Source of the DNA: Octopus sinensis
Lineage: Eukaryota
Reading direction: 5' to 3'
Assembly: GCF_006345805.1 (NCBI RefSeq)
Contig: NC_043002.1
Coordinates: 20,150,001 to 20,214,000, forward strand
Length of the DNA: 64,000 nucleotides
Part shown: positions 12,631 to 26,378 of the stretch, in pieces
How positions within the stretch are numbered: position 1 is the first letter of the stretch
Layout of the letters: each line of letters starts with the position of its first letter
Program-made: the position numbers and the translations under genes
Notes under the pieces: model-generated
Databases searched by the model: none
The model's input: only the letters and a program-made list of their open reading frames with translations
Told to the model about the DNA's origin: nothing

Positions 12631-13456
12631 AGATGGAGTAGAGTGCATGGCTAAATACATGAGTACTGGGGAAGAATCTGTGCATTTGTTCAACATTATT
12701 ACTGAATAATAACAGCTAACAGTATACCAGAGGGATGGACTGCTACCAAGAGCTACTTCTAAAGAAACAGACCAGAAAAAATTAAGAGTCAAGCTGTGTA
12801 AAATTAATGTTGTTATTTGAAAATGGAAGATATTGGTACCACTCCAAACACTAGCTTACTATATTATATTTCTACGCTATAACACCATAGAGCATTAAGT
12901 TACACTACACTATAACAATCTACAGCATTGCTTTATAAATGAAATATAACTCAATATTCCTTTCCCGTCCGTTACATAAGACTATTTACAGCCACAACAC
13001 TGAAATGTTTTTAGTAAATATTGCTGATGTTGACAAACATGCACAAAAGCTTTCTTTTTTTACTTCTGTTTTTTTTTTTATATATATAATTTTTTTACAC
13101 AAATCTTTGTTGGGTAACTTGAGTGTCACAAAATACAAATTGCTCAACATTAAACTGGTTCAATATATTTTATAAGCATACATGCACACTCAACACACAC
13201 ACATTCATATTCTTTAATCACTCACACGTGTGTATATAAAATATATACATGCTTGTGTGTTTGTATCTCCCCTGAAACTATGGAGCAATGTTTTTATTTA
13301 ATAAATGTTTATCTTCTGTTATGTTATTTTTATATTGTGTTGATCAAAATAACTTTGCATGTTTGAGATTTCTGTGTGAAACAGAAAAGCTGTGAACGTT
13401 TATATGCTTTAAATCAAACAGACTAGTGTCCATTCACTTATGAAATTAAAAATTAT

Positions 13457-13622
13457 AGACGTAGGAGTGGCTGTGTGGTAAGTAGCTTGCTTACGAACTA
13501 CATGGTTCCAGGTTCAGTCCCACTGCATGGCACCTTGGGTAAGTGTCTTCTACTATAGCCTCAGGCCGACCAAAGCCTTGTGAGTGGATTTGGTAGACGG
13601 AAACTGAAAGAAGCCCGTCGTA

Positions 13623-13663
<41 letters not shown>

Positions 13664-13863
13664 ATTTGTGTCTGTTTGTCCCCCCAACATCGCTTGACAA
13701 CTGATGCTAGTGTGTTTACGTCCCCATAACTTTGCAGTTCGGCAAAATAGCCCGATAGAATAAGTACTAGGCTTACAAAGAATAAGTCCTGGGGTCGATT
13801 TGCTCGACTAAAGGCGCTGCTCCAGCATGGCCACAGTCAAATGACTGAAACTAGTAAAAGAGC
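13457..13863 (+). mobile_element. tRNA-derived SINE family 1 (~400 bp, internal TA/TG microsatellite, (AGTAAAAG)n tail)
   Basis: A-box-like TGGCTGTGTGGT, B-box-like GGTTCAGTCCC; more than 12 copies in the window. Confidence 0.85.
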
Positions 13864-14369
13864 AATTATATGAATGCAGACCAGTGAAAGTCATTGAAAA
13901 TGATCAGGCAAAAATTTCATAATGTATGAAAATTCAGACAAACATGAAACTGGAACATCCAGATCCAAATATCATTATACTATCATAGATGTTGCTTGTC
14001 TATTTGAACAAAGAAGAAAAGCAGAAAATATATAAATTTCCAGAGTGTGAACTAAAAAGTCTTGAATTGCAAAAATGATAATGGTAATTCTTGTCATAGT
14101 AGGATCATTAAGTTCAGTGTCTGAAAGTATCAACCAGTGTCTTTCCTTAATCCAAAGAACTATTAACTTTGTGACACTACACAAAGTATGTCTTCTTGAT
14201 ATAGCTAGAATGATGTTGATGGTGCTGTAGACTCCTGAGGCCCTGCAACAAGTTAGGCAGCATGTTGTGGCTCTTGATCAGAACCTTTGTGAAGTGCATA
14301 CTACAAAACCTCAGGTCATCTTCAATTTATAACTCATTAGGTTATAAAGTTGTGTTTATAAAATATAAT

Positions 14370-14915
14370 GCTTCTTTATATGTACAGGATGCAATGGGTA
14401 AATTGTCACCATTTTATATAAATTTTTAATTTTGCGCATTATTTGTTTTTGATTCTGTTGACTACACAGTATAGTAGGGTCAGTCGGGCACTGTCTGTGA
14501 GAAAAACAGCACCATGATGCAATTTGGCATTCGTGCCAGAAGCTCCAGTATGAACATTTCAGAGTGTTTAGGTATCAATCGGAGGACAGTGCAGAGGATT
14601 TGGAAAGAGTTGGATGAGTCTAATTACAAAGGTATGGCAGAGAAGAACTCCTGAATTTCTTGGTGAGATCCAGGCCATGATTGCCAACTGTCCCTCCAAG
14701 TCAATCAGGTTCATCGCCAGGGACATGCGAGTGTCAGTTTTTTATCAAGCAGATAGTACCTGAAGACATTCGGTATTCTTCATGCAAGATGAGAAAGGGC
14801 TAATTTTTATCCCAAGCCATCAAGAGCTGCAAAGCTTTTGAAGAAATTCAAGCATCCACTCCAACCAAACATGCTTCTGTTTTTCTCAGGCGAGAAAAAT
14901 TTCTGCTTGGATCAC
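14370..14915 (+). mobile_element. Tc1/mariner (maT-like) transposon 5' fragment
   Basis: TACAGGATG start; decayed 'KFKHPLQPNMLLFFSGEKNFCLD', homologous to 30100-30200. Confidence 0.6.
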
Positions 14916-17569
14916 TTTTTACTCATCAAATATATGTCACTTATCTTTTTGCTCTTTCTTTGCTAAAATTGTCAGGCAAGGAAGTTGACTTCTTTGTGAC
15001 ATATCTTTTTCCAGAGAGCTGGTTCATAAGTGATACCCCTTTGGGGATTAAAATATTAGCAAAGCTAGTCTTGCTATTGTCTGCACAGGTGGAAACTGAG
15101 GATTCAGTTACACTAAAAATGTATTAATTTGTGTGATCTATATATTTTATGATTTAAGTACTGAGAACTTTCTATTTAGAATATTTCATATAAAAGTCAA
15201 ATTAGTTTAACTTTTATTACATTTTTAATGATTTACTTATAACACAACATTACCTCCTTAGTTATCAGTAACAAAACAGATTAATTTGTTGAGAAATTTC
15301 CTGGCTATGTGACATGACAGTAAACTATACCACCGTTTGATACTTATTTATTATCTTAGGTAGACTGGGTTGTTGAGGATTAAGGTTCTTGGTTACGTAA
15401 CACATCATAGTGAACTATACCAGCCTGTGGTAGCTCTTTACAGCCTATTGCACTGGGCTGATGAATTTAAGAATTTCGACCATGTGATATAGCTCAATGA
15501 TCAATACCACCCACTGGTATCTATTTGTGGCTAAATGGATTTAGTTACTGAAGGTGACATATTACAGAGAACTGTATCATACTGCAGTACATACATACAG
15601 CTAAGTGGAATAGGTTGTTAAGGGTTAAGAGCTTTCATCTTGTGTCAGGGTATTAAATGACAATTTATTAAGTGATTATCCGATACTTCATTCCCGTGTC
15701 CATCCAAGCTCTCTTCCATTTATATCTTCATGTCTGCATTTCCGCAAGCTAACTGGATATGCAATAAGAAATTAGATATCCTGTGTTAATGCCTATGTAC
15801 TTTCATGCATCATTACCATTGTGGACACTGGCATTATCCTCATTGATTCCAAAGTCATTAGAATCGCAAGCTTTATTACCATCATTTTCACTAAGCCAAA
15901 AATGTACCTCTGTGTAGTCACTCAATCTGCTAGAAATAACAATCAAATCTCCTACCAGCTTTGAAAAGAAAGAATACTATGAATGTCGACTGAGTGGTCA
16001 TAGTTAAAATACATTTGGTCATAGAAATGCTTGATTCCAGTTGATCTGGAGCTAAACAGCAACTTCACCATCATCATTTCGTCACCACAATTTCCATTAC
16101 CACCCTCACCACTGCCATTGTTATTAATACTAACACTATGTTTGTTACAAATATCTCCCAACCGATCTCACCTCACGGTGGATTTGCAATATGATACAGG
16201 TTCTCTTTAGGTCAGTAATGCTTCATTGCATGGATGTATCTGATCAAAGTGGGAACATTTCAACAGCAATATAGATTTGAGATCAGAATACACAGCATGT
16301 AATTTAATCTGATACATTATTGTTTATACTAACTTATGATCTTAATGGTTTCTAACGTGGGCACAAAGCCACAATATTAGGGGAGTGTATAGTCAGTTCA
16401 ACACTTTTCCATGCTTTCATGGGTGAAATGGAATTCATTGAGGGAGGTTTTCTATAGCCAGATGCCCTCCATGTCACCTAATTTGAGATGGTGGAGTAAC
16501 AGTTGATTGTATTTAGACTAATATTTGACTATACTTACTTTATTGAACCCAGTTGTATGGAACACAAAGTTGATCCTAGCAATATTTAAAGTAAGAACCT
16601 AAAGGATTGGCACCCTACTCATTCTATAAATCCAGGGCCTAATGATAACAGTGTTTTCTAACATGAGTATCAAGTCACAGATTATACTGACCCTGGAAAG
16701 ATTAAAGCTGATATCAACTTGGACTGTAATTGAACTCAAAACATAAAGGATATGACTAAATAATGTAAATGACTTTTAACACAAATACAAAGCCATGCAT
16801 CTTAGAGGAGTAACCAGATAATTATTGTGATCCCAGTGCATAACTGGTACTTTCTTTTATCAACCATGGAGGTATGAAAGTAAAGTTGGCCTATGTGGAA
16901 TTTGAACTCAAAATGTAAAAACTCACAATATTTTATAATACTGCCCATTTCTTAAGAAAAACATTGTCAACTTGAGAATATCTGAATCTTTTAGAATCTT
17001 TCAAAATCACAAATATTAGAACAAAATCTTACTTCTCAATATTTGGTTTCCTTTCTCAACAATTTATCATTGCTAATCTATAATATAAATTGAACATGGG
17101 AAATCGTTGTATTCTTTCTTGTCTTGAGGTTCACAGCCAAACGGCTGGGTGGATTCGCATGAAAAATGGCACACATGTGGAGACATGTGCATAGGCTGGA
17201 ATGCAGTTTGTATTTTTTTCCCAACCTCCATACTTACCGAGAAAATCGATTAAAACTTTTCTAATGGAATTTCATTCTTTCTTCTGCGATTTAAACAACC
17301 AGTTGCTTAGAAGCTGATTTCTGACAGGGTGGGGTCAGGAAATTTTCCCAAGGTTGGAGGCTCCAGTCGAAACAGGGGAACAAAATGATAAGGTTGAGAA
17401 ACGATGTTATGATTATGCCTAACCAAAAACGACCACAGCCGCATCATCCAAATAGACCGGGTGAAACTGGGCTTTGCTGCTAGTAACATATAACACCGAC
17501 AGTCTCTAGGTGTGACTTGGAAAAGCTCATTTAAAACAAAGTAATAACAACAGCAACAGTAATAACAAT

Positions 17570-17812
17570 ATTTACATTATTTACATTTGACGGATATTTG
17601 TCCTCATCTTGTTTGTTGTTAACACATTTCGGCTAATATATACCCTCCAGCCTTCATCAGGTGTCTTGGGGGATTTTGAACCTGGGTTCTCATTCTTATG
17701 GTATTTTTTGATGATGTTATTAGTATTATTATTATTATTCAGGTCACTGCCTGGAATCAAACTTGAAATCTTGGGGTTAGTAGCCCACGTTCTTAACCAC
17801 TACGCCATATGC
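17570..17812 (-). mobile_element. tRNA-headed short element with (AAT)n spacer and hammerhead-like 3' half
   Basis: head GGCATATGGCGTAGTGGTTAAG...GTTTGATTCC; same as both arms of 32923-33480; CTGATGA...GAAAT at 17621-17665. Confidence 0.75.
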
Positions 17813-17824
17813 CTCTTAAATACG

Positions 17825-18100
17825 TGATAACTCAAATGTGGAAAATGATGAAAATAAAGATAGTCTCAATTATTGTTGGATTCTTGGGAACGGTACCAGA
17901 AGGCAAGGAGAAGAATATAAAGGAAATGGAAATAGAGTACCTAGTAGAGAGGCTGCAAAAAGTTTACCAGAATCGTTAGGATAGTATTAGATGGTTGAAG
18001 AGAATATATAGCATGATACCATAGGCTGCATGTAGCAAGCCTACTACTCATGCAAGATTCCTGGAGTTCCAACTAAACTGGAGTTAAAAGAATGATTATT
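17825..18100 (+). mobile_element. Degenerate RLE-type LINE 3' end
   Basis: reads MWKMMKIKIVSIIVGFLGTVP..., followed by an ATT/AAT tail. Confidence 0.5.
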
Positions 18101-18564
18101 ATAATAATAGTAGTGGTTTCAAATTTTGGCACAGGGCCAGTAACTTGGGTGGGGAGTGGATATGTTGATTACATGGAACCCAGAGTTCAACTGGTACTTA
18201 TTTTATCAACCCTTGAATGATGAAAGGCAAAGTCGACCTCAGTGGAATTTGAACTCAGAACATAAAGACAACCAAAATGCTGTATTTTTCCTGGCATGTT
18301 ACCAATTCTGCCAGCTTGCTGCCTTAATGGTCATCGTCATCCAGTTGAGTTTGCTCAGACATTTTTAATCCGCACTTGCTATCCATCTTAGCCCTGCATT
18401 AGTTGAGGGAAGTTGAACAAAATGCTTAGTAGTATTTTATCTGTTTTTACGTTCTGAGTTCAAATTCCATTAAAGTCCACTTTAGATTTCATTCTTTCAG
18501 GCTCAATAAATCAAGTACCAGTTGAATACTAGTATTGATGTAACCAACTAGCCCCCCCACCTCC

Positions 18565-18732
18565 TTTGCCAACACTACACCTGATTTTCTCTCCTCCATA
18601 CACACACAAGCATGTATCTGACTCATACACTGTTCACTTTCCAGACATTTGTACATTACTGCATATACTTTATATGCACTTTTGACAAGTTGTGGTGCAC
18701 CTGAGCACTGTATACAATAATTTCATTATTAC

Positions 18733-18760
<28 letters not shown>
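18565..18760 (+). mobile_element. CR1-like LINE 3' tail
   Basis: reverse complement of 23659-23830; ends in (ATT)n. Confidence 0.7.
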
Positions 18761-18763
<3 letters not shown>

Positions 18764-19904
18764 AGTTGATCTACATTCATTGGATTCGGATGACCTGCTT
18801 GAGTACAGTCATGCCTTGGCATCCATAGCAGTAGGTCTCTTTCCAACTCTTTCCAGCAATGTCCAGCAAAGTGCAAGTGCCTTTGTTTCTGACATAGGCA
18901 CAATACAAGAAATTTGGTTGTAAAATGCTGGTCAATCATCTTGATCTCAGTATCTGACTGATATTTGGTTTTAACGACCGCAGAAAAATAAAGAGCAGGA
19001 TTTGAACTCAGAATGTATTGAACCAGAACAAATACCACAAAGCATTTTGTTCCGCTTGTGAGTTTCAGTTCTATATAAAGTAAAAGAAATTAGAGCAGAT
19101 GGTGGGGTTGGTAATGATGATGACAACAAAGATGAGGAAGACCATGGGGGAAGGCCATGGTGATGATGAGGAAGGCTGAAGTTTTGTTGACAACAACAAT
19201 GACAATATTTGCTACTGATAATGATGATGATGATAATGATGACTCACTGACTGACATTTGTTCAAGTCAATGATGATGATTCCGTTGACAATAATAAAGA
19301 TAAGGAAAATGATTGCTAGATATACAAGTACATGCTTGCAGAGAGCATGTAAATGACCAGTCGCTTGGAGGCAGTGGAGTGGAAAACTTGGTTGTAGATG
19401 GAAAATAATCATGTATTAAATATTTACAATCCTTGACCTAGAGTAAACAATTGGCTATTTCATATACATATACATATACAAACACACAAACACACACACA
19501 CACACATACATATATATATTTATATATATACACATATATATATTACATGTATACACACACACTCAAATATATATATATGTATATATATCTGTATGTGTAC
19601 ACACACACACCCACCCACACACACATATATCATCATCATTGTTCGACCGTGGTCGAGACTTTCATAGTCTTTTCAAATGGCTAATAATGTGTGCGCGCGC
19701 CACTACTACACACATTGGAAAGCATTGTACAACCAAGTACTAAAGAAGATCTTTCCTCCTCCATGAAACAAAGCTGTTCCCGCTGGACGTCAACCCAGTA
19801 TTTCTAAGCTACGGACCGAGTGATTTTTTTGTAAGGTTATCTCCCTAGATAGATTGCCTTCACTACGGCTAAGGAGCCCTTTCTACCCCATATATATATA
19901 TATG

Positions 19905-19948
<44 letters not shown>

Positions 19949-22165
19949 ATATATCTGTATATGTGTATGTATGCATATACAAACACACACATGCTCATGG
20001 ACACACATATGCACACATACATAAATTAATCTAAATTAAAATTATGCACCTGAATTACAACTTTATTTATACAACCAATTTGGTTAATTTTGTATGTTTA
20101 ACACAGCAACCAGATGAGTCATTGGGCTGAGTTTGTATACCAGATGGCCATCTTTTGGTAACAAATTTAGAAGAGTCTAGCATCCAGTCCTGGGCTCTGG
20201 ATGCATGGCAGTTCTTCCCACAAATAAAAGATGAAAAGAGTAAAAGAGTGTATATGTGTTTATCGGCAAAGAAAACAGAAAAAAAAGAAAATGACCATCT
20301 CGAAATATAATAATAGTCACATTACCGTGTGGTTAGAAATCTTACTTCCCAACCATGTGGCTACAGGTTCAGTCCCACTGCGTGACACCTTGAGCTAGTG
20401 TCTTCTGATATAGCCCCAGGTTGATCTAAGGCCTTGCGAATTTGGTTGTTGGAAACTGAAAGAAGCTTGTCATACACATATGCACACACACACATATACA
20501 CACAAATATATATATATATATATATAGATATACATATATATATATATATTATATATATATATAATATATATATATATATAATAATATGTTTATTACTGTT
20601 TGAGTTGCATAATAGTGGTTTTATATCTAATTCATATTTTATATATATATATATAAAGAGAGAGAGAGAGAGAAGAGAGTGAAAGCAAGAGAGAAATATG
20701 TATGATTGTGTGTGAGTGGTGGGAGATCCCCATATATTGACATCTCATGATGGTTGTAAGCAAGCTTCATTCATTTTCAATCTTCTGTAAAGTGCAAGAC
20801 TGGCCATGTGGCAATATTAATTGGCTTGGAAACAGGTGAGGTTTAGTAACAAGAAGGACATCTGGGAACATCTGACAGTAAAAATAAAAAAATCTACCTC
20901 AGTGAATTCTATCTAAGCATGTAAAAATGAATGTTAAAATGATGATGATAATTATAATGATCATTATCATGGTAGTGGCGGTGGGGGTGGGGGTGTTGGT
21001 GGCAGCAGTGGTAGCACTGATTTAATGTACTTCAAAAGAAAGGAAGGACAATAGTAGTATATGATCAGTAGATATAACCCACCATTGATTATGCCAACCC
21101 CACCTGGGCCCACAATCTCTCAATAACAAATCATAACTAAAAAAAACAAATTTTTATAATAAAATAAACTTGTAAAGAACACAAAACAGTACAGTTTTGC
21201 ATCATTAGATGTTGCACATAAATCACTCCTTAGGCAACCTAAACACTAAAACAAAAATGCTGAACACTTATGACCAACTAAGGTTGTGAAAAGCACAGTA
21301 TGTTGTCACTGCAAATCCTAGCTACCCAAATTCTCCACTACTTGTAAAATCTCCATGGCCACCACCAAAACACCCAGATTTATTGACAATAGCCCAGAAC
21401 AAAACCACAACAATATTTGCCCCTACTATATAAAGACAAGCGTGTAGCAGTGGGAAAATAGTATCTTTAACCCCATACCTGCTTCTGCTGTGGCCACAGC
21501 AGAATCTACAGGTGAAAATAAATAGACTGGACAGCAAAATGGGTACATGTACAAATTGTCACACTGTGTGCCATTTAAGTGAGCATTACATGTTGGAATG
21601 TGCCAGGTGATCCTCGACTAGGAAGATAGACAATAAATATGTTACACTGGTGATGGTGCCACTTAAAATGCACCCAGTACACACTGTAAAATGGTTGGCA
21701 TTAGGAAGGGCATCCAGTTGTAGAAACCATAGCCAAAACAGACACTTTGGAACCTGGTGTGGCTCCTGACCTTGCCAGTTCCTGTCAAACTGTGTAACCC
21801 ATGCCAGCATGGAAAATGGACATCCCGCTCAAAAGGTCCCTGAATAAGGGTTGTTTAAGGATGTTGAACAAAACACCCATGTTTCCAAAGGTGAATTATC
21901 CAAACCTCTAAGAATTCCTTTCAACACATCGCTATGATGCTCCCCCACTACTTCTGCTCGTGATCAGAGATGCACAAATCGTCAGCCACTAAGGGACATG
22001 CTCAACTGGTTAAGGTCAAACAACTGACAAGCAAACTTGTGGTATTGAGCAGAATATATGCTGGAGCCCATCTTTTATACCAAGACAAAACAATGTACAT
22101 GATAACACTTCCAATCAGTTAATATCAGGATCCATGAGAGCCTCTGCCTGGTACTGCATCAGGGC

Positions 22166-22204
<39 letters not shown>

Positions 22205-22715
22205 GATATAAGTTTTGACTGTCGGGCTACTTCCCCCATGATTAACCACTGCATGTTGGAATGTGCATTGGGTTCTAAACTATACAAAGTTATCCTTGTG
22301 TTATGTGTGTGACAGATCAGCTCTAATCTGGGGCTGCACCAAGTTGGTCTGCTAATGATATCAACAACATTACCATGACCACACCAACAGCATATTATCA
22401 ACAACAACACATAACCACCATCCTCATCATCATCATTGTCACCAGGGTTATAACCACCACCACCGCCGCCGCCACTAACTTATAACAACACTACTCCAAC
22501 TACCACCACTGATAATAACAGCAGTAACTGTAGCAGCAGTAGGATGACGGGCAGCAGCAAAGAGTTTCCATGTCAAAGTGAAGTGACACATTTGTTATTT
22601 AGCTGACTGGAGGAAATACATGCAGCAGATACGTGAGTGTTATGTTTTCCATTATTATTTTCCAACTTTTCAATCACTGAAGTTTCTAATAAAGATAGAT
22701 TGAAAGTAAGCATCA

Positions 22716-22996
22716 GAAGGAGAAATTGTATGAGAGAGAAATGGCAAAAAGAATCTAAAATAAAAGGATGAAAAATATTTAAAAGGGTGAAATAATTCTT
22801 TCAATGAAGGAGAAATTATATGAAAAAAATGAGGAAAAATAGTAAAAAGACTCTAAAATAAAAAGATGAAAAATATTTAAAAGGGTGAAATAATTCTTTC
22901 AATGAAGGAGAAATTATATGAGAAAAAAATGAGAAGTAGTAAAAAGACTAAAATAAAAAGGTGGAAAATATTTAAAAGGGTGAAACAATTCTTTCA
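22716..22996. repeat. Tandem repeat, ~85-90 bp unit, about 3 copies
   Basis: GAAAAATATTTAAAAGGGTGAAATAATTCTTTCAA repeated three times. Confidence 0.85.
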
Positions 22997-23535
22997 AAGA
23001 TGTTCTTTACTTTTTTTTATTTGTTTTCTTCATGTGTGAAGAATGTTTTATTAATTAATTTGAAAAGAAATAAAATAAGAAACAAAACACAAAGGAAATG
23101 TTATGAAAATTTAAATGAAAAAAAAGCAAAGATTCATTTGTTTTGAATTCCTGCAAGTTTAGTGAAGTGGTGAGGACGCTAACATTAATTGAAGGAGCAC
23201 TGGACTTGAGTTTCTCCTCTTATGGGCCCATACGCATAAATGAAATTGAACCGACCACTACAAGTTAAAGCAACGTTCTTGTCAATCATAAATAGTACAA
23301 CTGCTGTTATTACTATTGCTGGTGACCATGTGAAAGCTTCCTTAGTTGTGGCTATTTAGCCCCGTTTTCAACCTGGTCCAGCAAGTAGGTCTCTCGTGAA
23401 AACATTCCATCCATAATGATCTCAATTTTTGTATACCTAGGACTTACCTGTACAATGTACCCTTCCTTTTAAAATTGAGATGATATGATGTCACTTGACC
23501 ACTATTTCAAGCTAGTCGAGTAACTATCATCAACA

Positions 23536-23570
<35 letters not shown>

Positions 23571-23658
23571 TTAACGTCCACTTTCCATGCAGGCATGGGT
23601 TAGACGGTTTGACTGAAACTGGTAGGCTGGAGAGCTGCACCAGGTTCCAGTCTGATTT

Positions 23659-23990
23659 AATAATAATAATAATGAAATTATTGTATACGGTGCTCAGGTG
23701 CATCACAACTTGTCAAAAGTGCGTATAAAGCATATACAGTAATGTACAAATGTCTGGGAAGTGAACAGTATATGAGTCAGATACATGCTTGCGTGTGTTT
23801 GGAGGGGAGAAAATCAGGTGTAGTGTTGGCGAATCTGAGGAAGCATGAAAGTTTTGAAGGATGTAGTGCTCCGATAACTAACAACTGATGCCGGCAGTTT
23901 GTTTTATACTTCAGCAACTCTTAGCGTGAAAAGATGTTTCCGAAAGTCATGGGAGCTGTGCTGTTTTCTGACTTTGTAAACATGTCCATG
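23659..23990 (-). mobile_element. CR1-like LINE 3' end nested in an RTE tail element
   Basis: minus frame ...KQHSSHDFRKHLFTLRVAEV.NKLPASVVS...; splits CCAGTCTGATTT|GGCATGGTTTCTA. Confidence 0.75.
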
Positions 23991-24328
23991 GGCATGGTTT
24001 CTATGGCTGGATGCCCTTCCTAACACCAACCATGTAAACAACAATTAATTTCACCTATCCATACTATCTGTTTACAGTCCAGTCATTCTTTAACCGCCAC
24101 TGCAGCCACTCAGACAAATGATGGACACCTTTTTACTGTTGGTGGGCTGAATGGCTAATGAGACCACTTAGTTTTCAAAATAATACTTGAAGAAGTTAGG
24201 TAATTAGGACTTCTAAACAAAATGTAATCAACATAACAACTAATCACTACCATTCCCATTTCAAATTCATAAACTTCCAAAATGAAAGACCAAAGGAGGA
24301 AGAACTGTTTAAAGGAAAAGAGAAGCAT

Positions 24329-24359
<31 letters not shown>

Positions 24360-24384
24360 CATATATAAATATATATATACATAC

Positions 24385-24426
<42 letters not shown>

Positions 24427-24430
24427 TAAC

Positions 24431-24468
<38 letters not shown>

Positions 24469-24478
24469 TAATAATATT

Positions 24479-25170
24479 GGCCAACTCTGTCATGTCTTAA
24501 TTTATTCTCCACTGGTGCTAAGACTTTACATCCAGAGATTAGGTGGTCCACTGTTTCAATCATGTCGACCCAAAATGCCGATTCTGCAACGACATGATTG
24601 AAACAGTGGACCACCTAATCTCTGGATGTAAAGTCTTAGCACCAGTGGAGTATAAATTAAGACATGACAGAGTTGGCCAATATCTACACTGGCTAATAAG
24701 TCGGCATTACAATATCAAAACTGCCGACAAGTGGTATAATCACCACCCTGAAGCTGTAACTGAAGGAGAAAGTGTAACGATTCTGTGGGACTTTCCAGTA
24801 CATACAGACCGAACCATCAAAGCCAATAAACCGGATATTGTTGTGAAAGACCAAAACAATAAAGTTTGCTTATTGATCGACATAAGCATTCCCTGTGATC
24901 ATAATATCTCGGCAAAAGAATTTGACAAGCTCAGAAAATATAAAGACCTGCTCATTGAAATTGAGAAAATGTGGCATCTCAAGGCGGTTACAATACCAGT
25001 GATCGTAGGAGCACTAGGAATGATCAAGAAGGGAACCGAAAATTATATGAGAATGATCCCTGGCTTACCATCCCTGCAAGAAGTGCAAAAGATTGTCTTA
25101 ACTGGTACATCATACGTATTGAGAAGAGCATTGTCGATGTGAGAACTATTACTTTTATTTCTATAAAAAA
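24479..25170 (+). mobile_element. R4/Dong-like non-LTR retrotransposon 3' fragment (CCHC knuckle + PD-(D/E)xK endonuclease)
   Basis: ORF 24543-25142: CRFC...DHLISGC, RHD, ILWDF, KPDIVVKD, LLIDISIP, KYKDL; preceded by (AAT)n. Confidence 0.9.
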
Positions 25171-25334
25171 AAAAAAATGAACAAACGAGTGAGTTTAGTT
25201 TAAGGGCCTACCAATGTATACTATGAGTTTCTTTGCCCTAGGAGTCGGGAAGACACTCGGCAAGAAATGGAAGCAAATTTGAAAGAAGAAGAAAAACCCA
25301 TAAATAATAATAATAATAATAATAGTAATAATAA

Positions 25335-26170
25335 TACATAGCAGCTCAAGATCAATGCCTACCAACAAGGAACTACCAGGCCAACATATTAAAGAACGGC
25401 AGTAGCCCAACATGTCATGTCAACAACAAAATGAAACCATTGATCATGTTGTCTCCAAGTGCAATCTTCTAGCGCCTATAGAGTATCTCAACAGGCATGA
25501 TAGAGCTGCACAATATATTCACTGGGTAATCTGCAAAAACCTGGATTTGCCCCATGAAAAAAACCGGTGGGAACACAAACCACCCCCAGTGCTTGAAAAT
25601 GACCACATCTCACTCCTCTGGAACTTCCCCATTCAAACTGAAAGAAAGATAGATGCAAATAGGCCAGACATCATATTGAAAGACTTCAAACAAAGAACAT
25701 GCCTCCTCATTGATATGACTGTCCCAATCGATATAAACGTATCTGTCAAGACCTACCAAAAACTGAGCAAATATAAAGATCTTGAAATAGAAATCAGCAA
25801 AATGTGGAACCTGAAGACTAAAACAATACCTGTTGTCATAGGTGCCCTGGGAATGATAACAAAAGGGGCTGATCGCTACCTATCTCAGATACTAGGATAC
25901 CCAAAAATGGTAGAAATTCAAAAGAGAGTGCTCATGAGAACTGCTCATATCCTACGCAAAATACTTTCTATGTAATCTCAAGTTTTAAAACAAACATAAT
26001 TTTCGTTTTTTTTTTTTTTGAGATTCACTAGTACAACACTAAATACAAAACCAAATATATGGCACACTAGGCATAACAACATCACAAACTTCCAAATAGT
26101 TGTCTCTTGAGGTCTCTGGGCGAGACTTGGAGCCAACTTGTACAAATATAAAGCAAAAGTCAAACATAGA
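25335..26170 (+). mobile_element. R4/Dong-like non-LTR retrotransposon 3' fragment, second subfamily
   Basis: ORF 25412-25975 with RHD, LLWNF, RPDIILKD, KYKDL; (AAT)n on both sides. Confidence 0.9.
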
Positions 26171-26302
26171 ATAATAATAATAATAATAACAACAACAACA
26201 ACAACAGCAATAACAACAACAATAATAATAACAATAATAATAACAATAATAATAACAATAATAACAATAATAACAATAATAATAATAATCATAATCATAA
26301 TC

Positions 26303-26376
<74 letters not shown>
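26170..26376. repeat. Long (AAT/AAC)n microsatellite
   Basis: about 200 bp of AAT/AAC/ATC triplets. Confidence 0.95.

Positions 26377-26378
<2 letters not shown>

Noticed and set aside
1097-15465. Other CTGATGA occurrences (1097, 3447, 15458)
   Set aside because: No stem II and GAAA at a compatible distance; one is inside a TBCB exon.
14150-15790. Short minus-strand ORFs as exons of a hidden gene
   Set aside because: No consistent splice phases or recognisable homology; ORFs are 40 aa or shorter.
21200-21550. Possible third Penelope remnant (RQPK-like motif)
   Set aside because: Only one short motif with multiple stops; no YIG or cysteine pattern could be confirmed.
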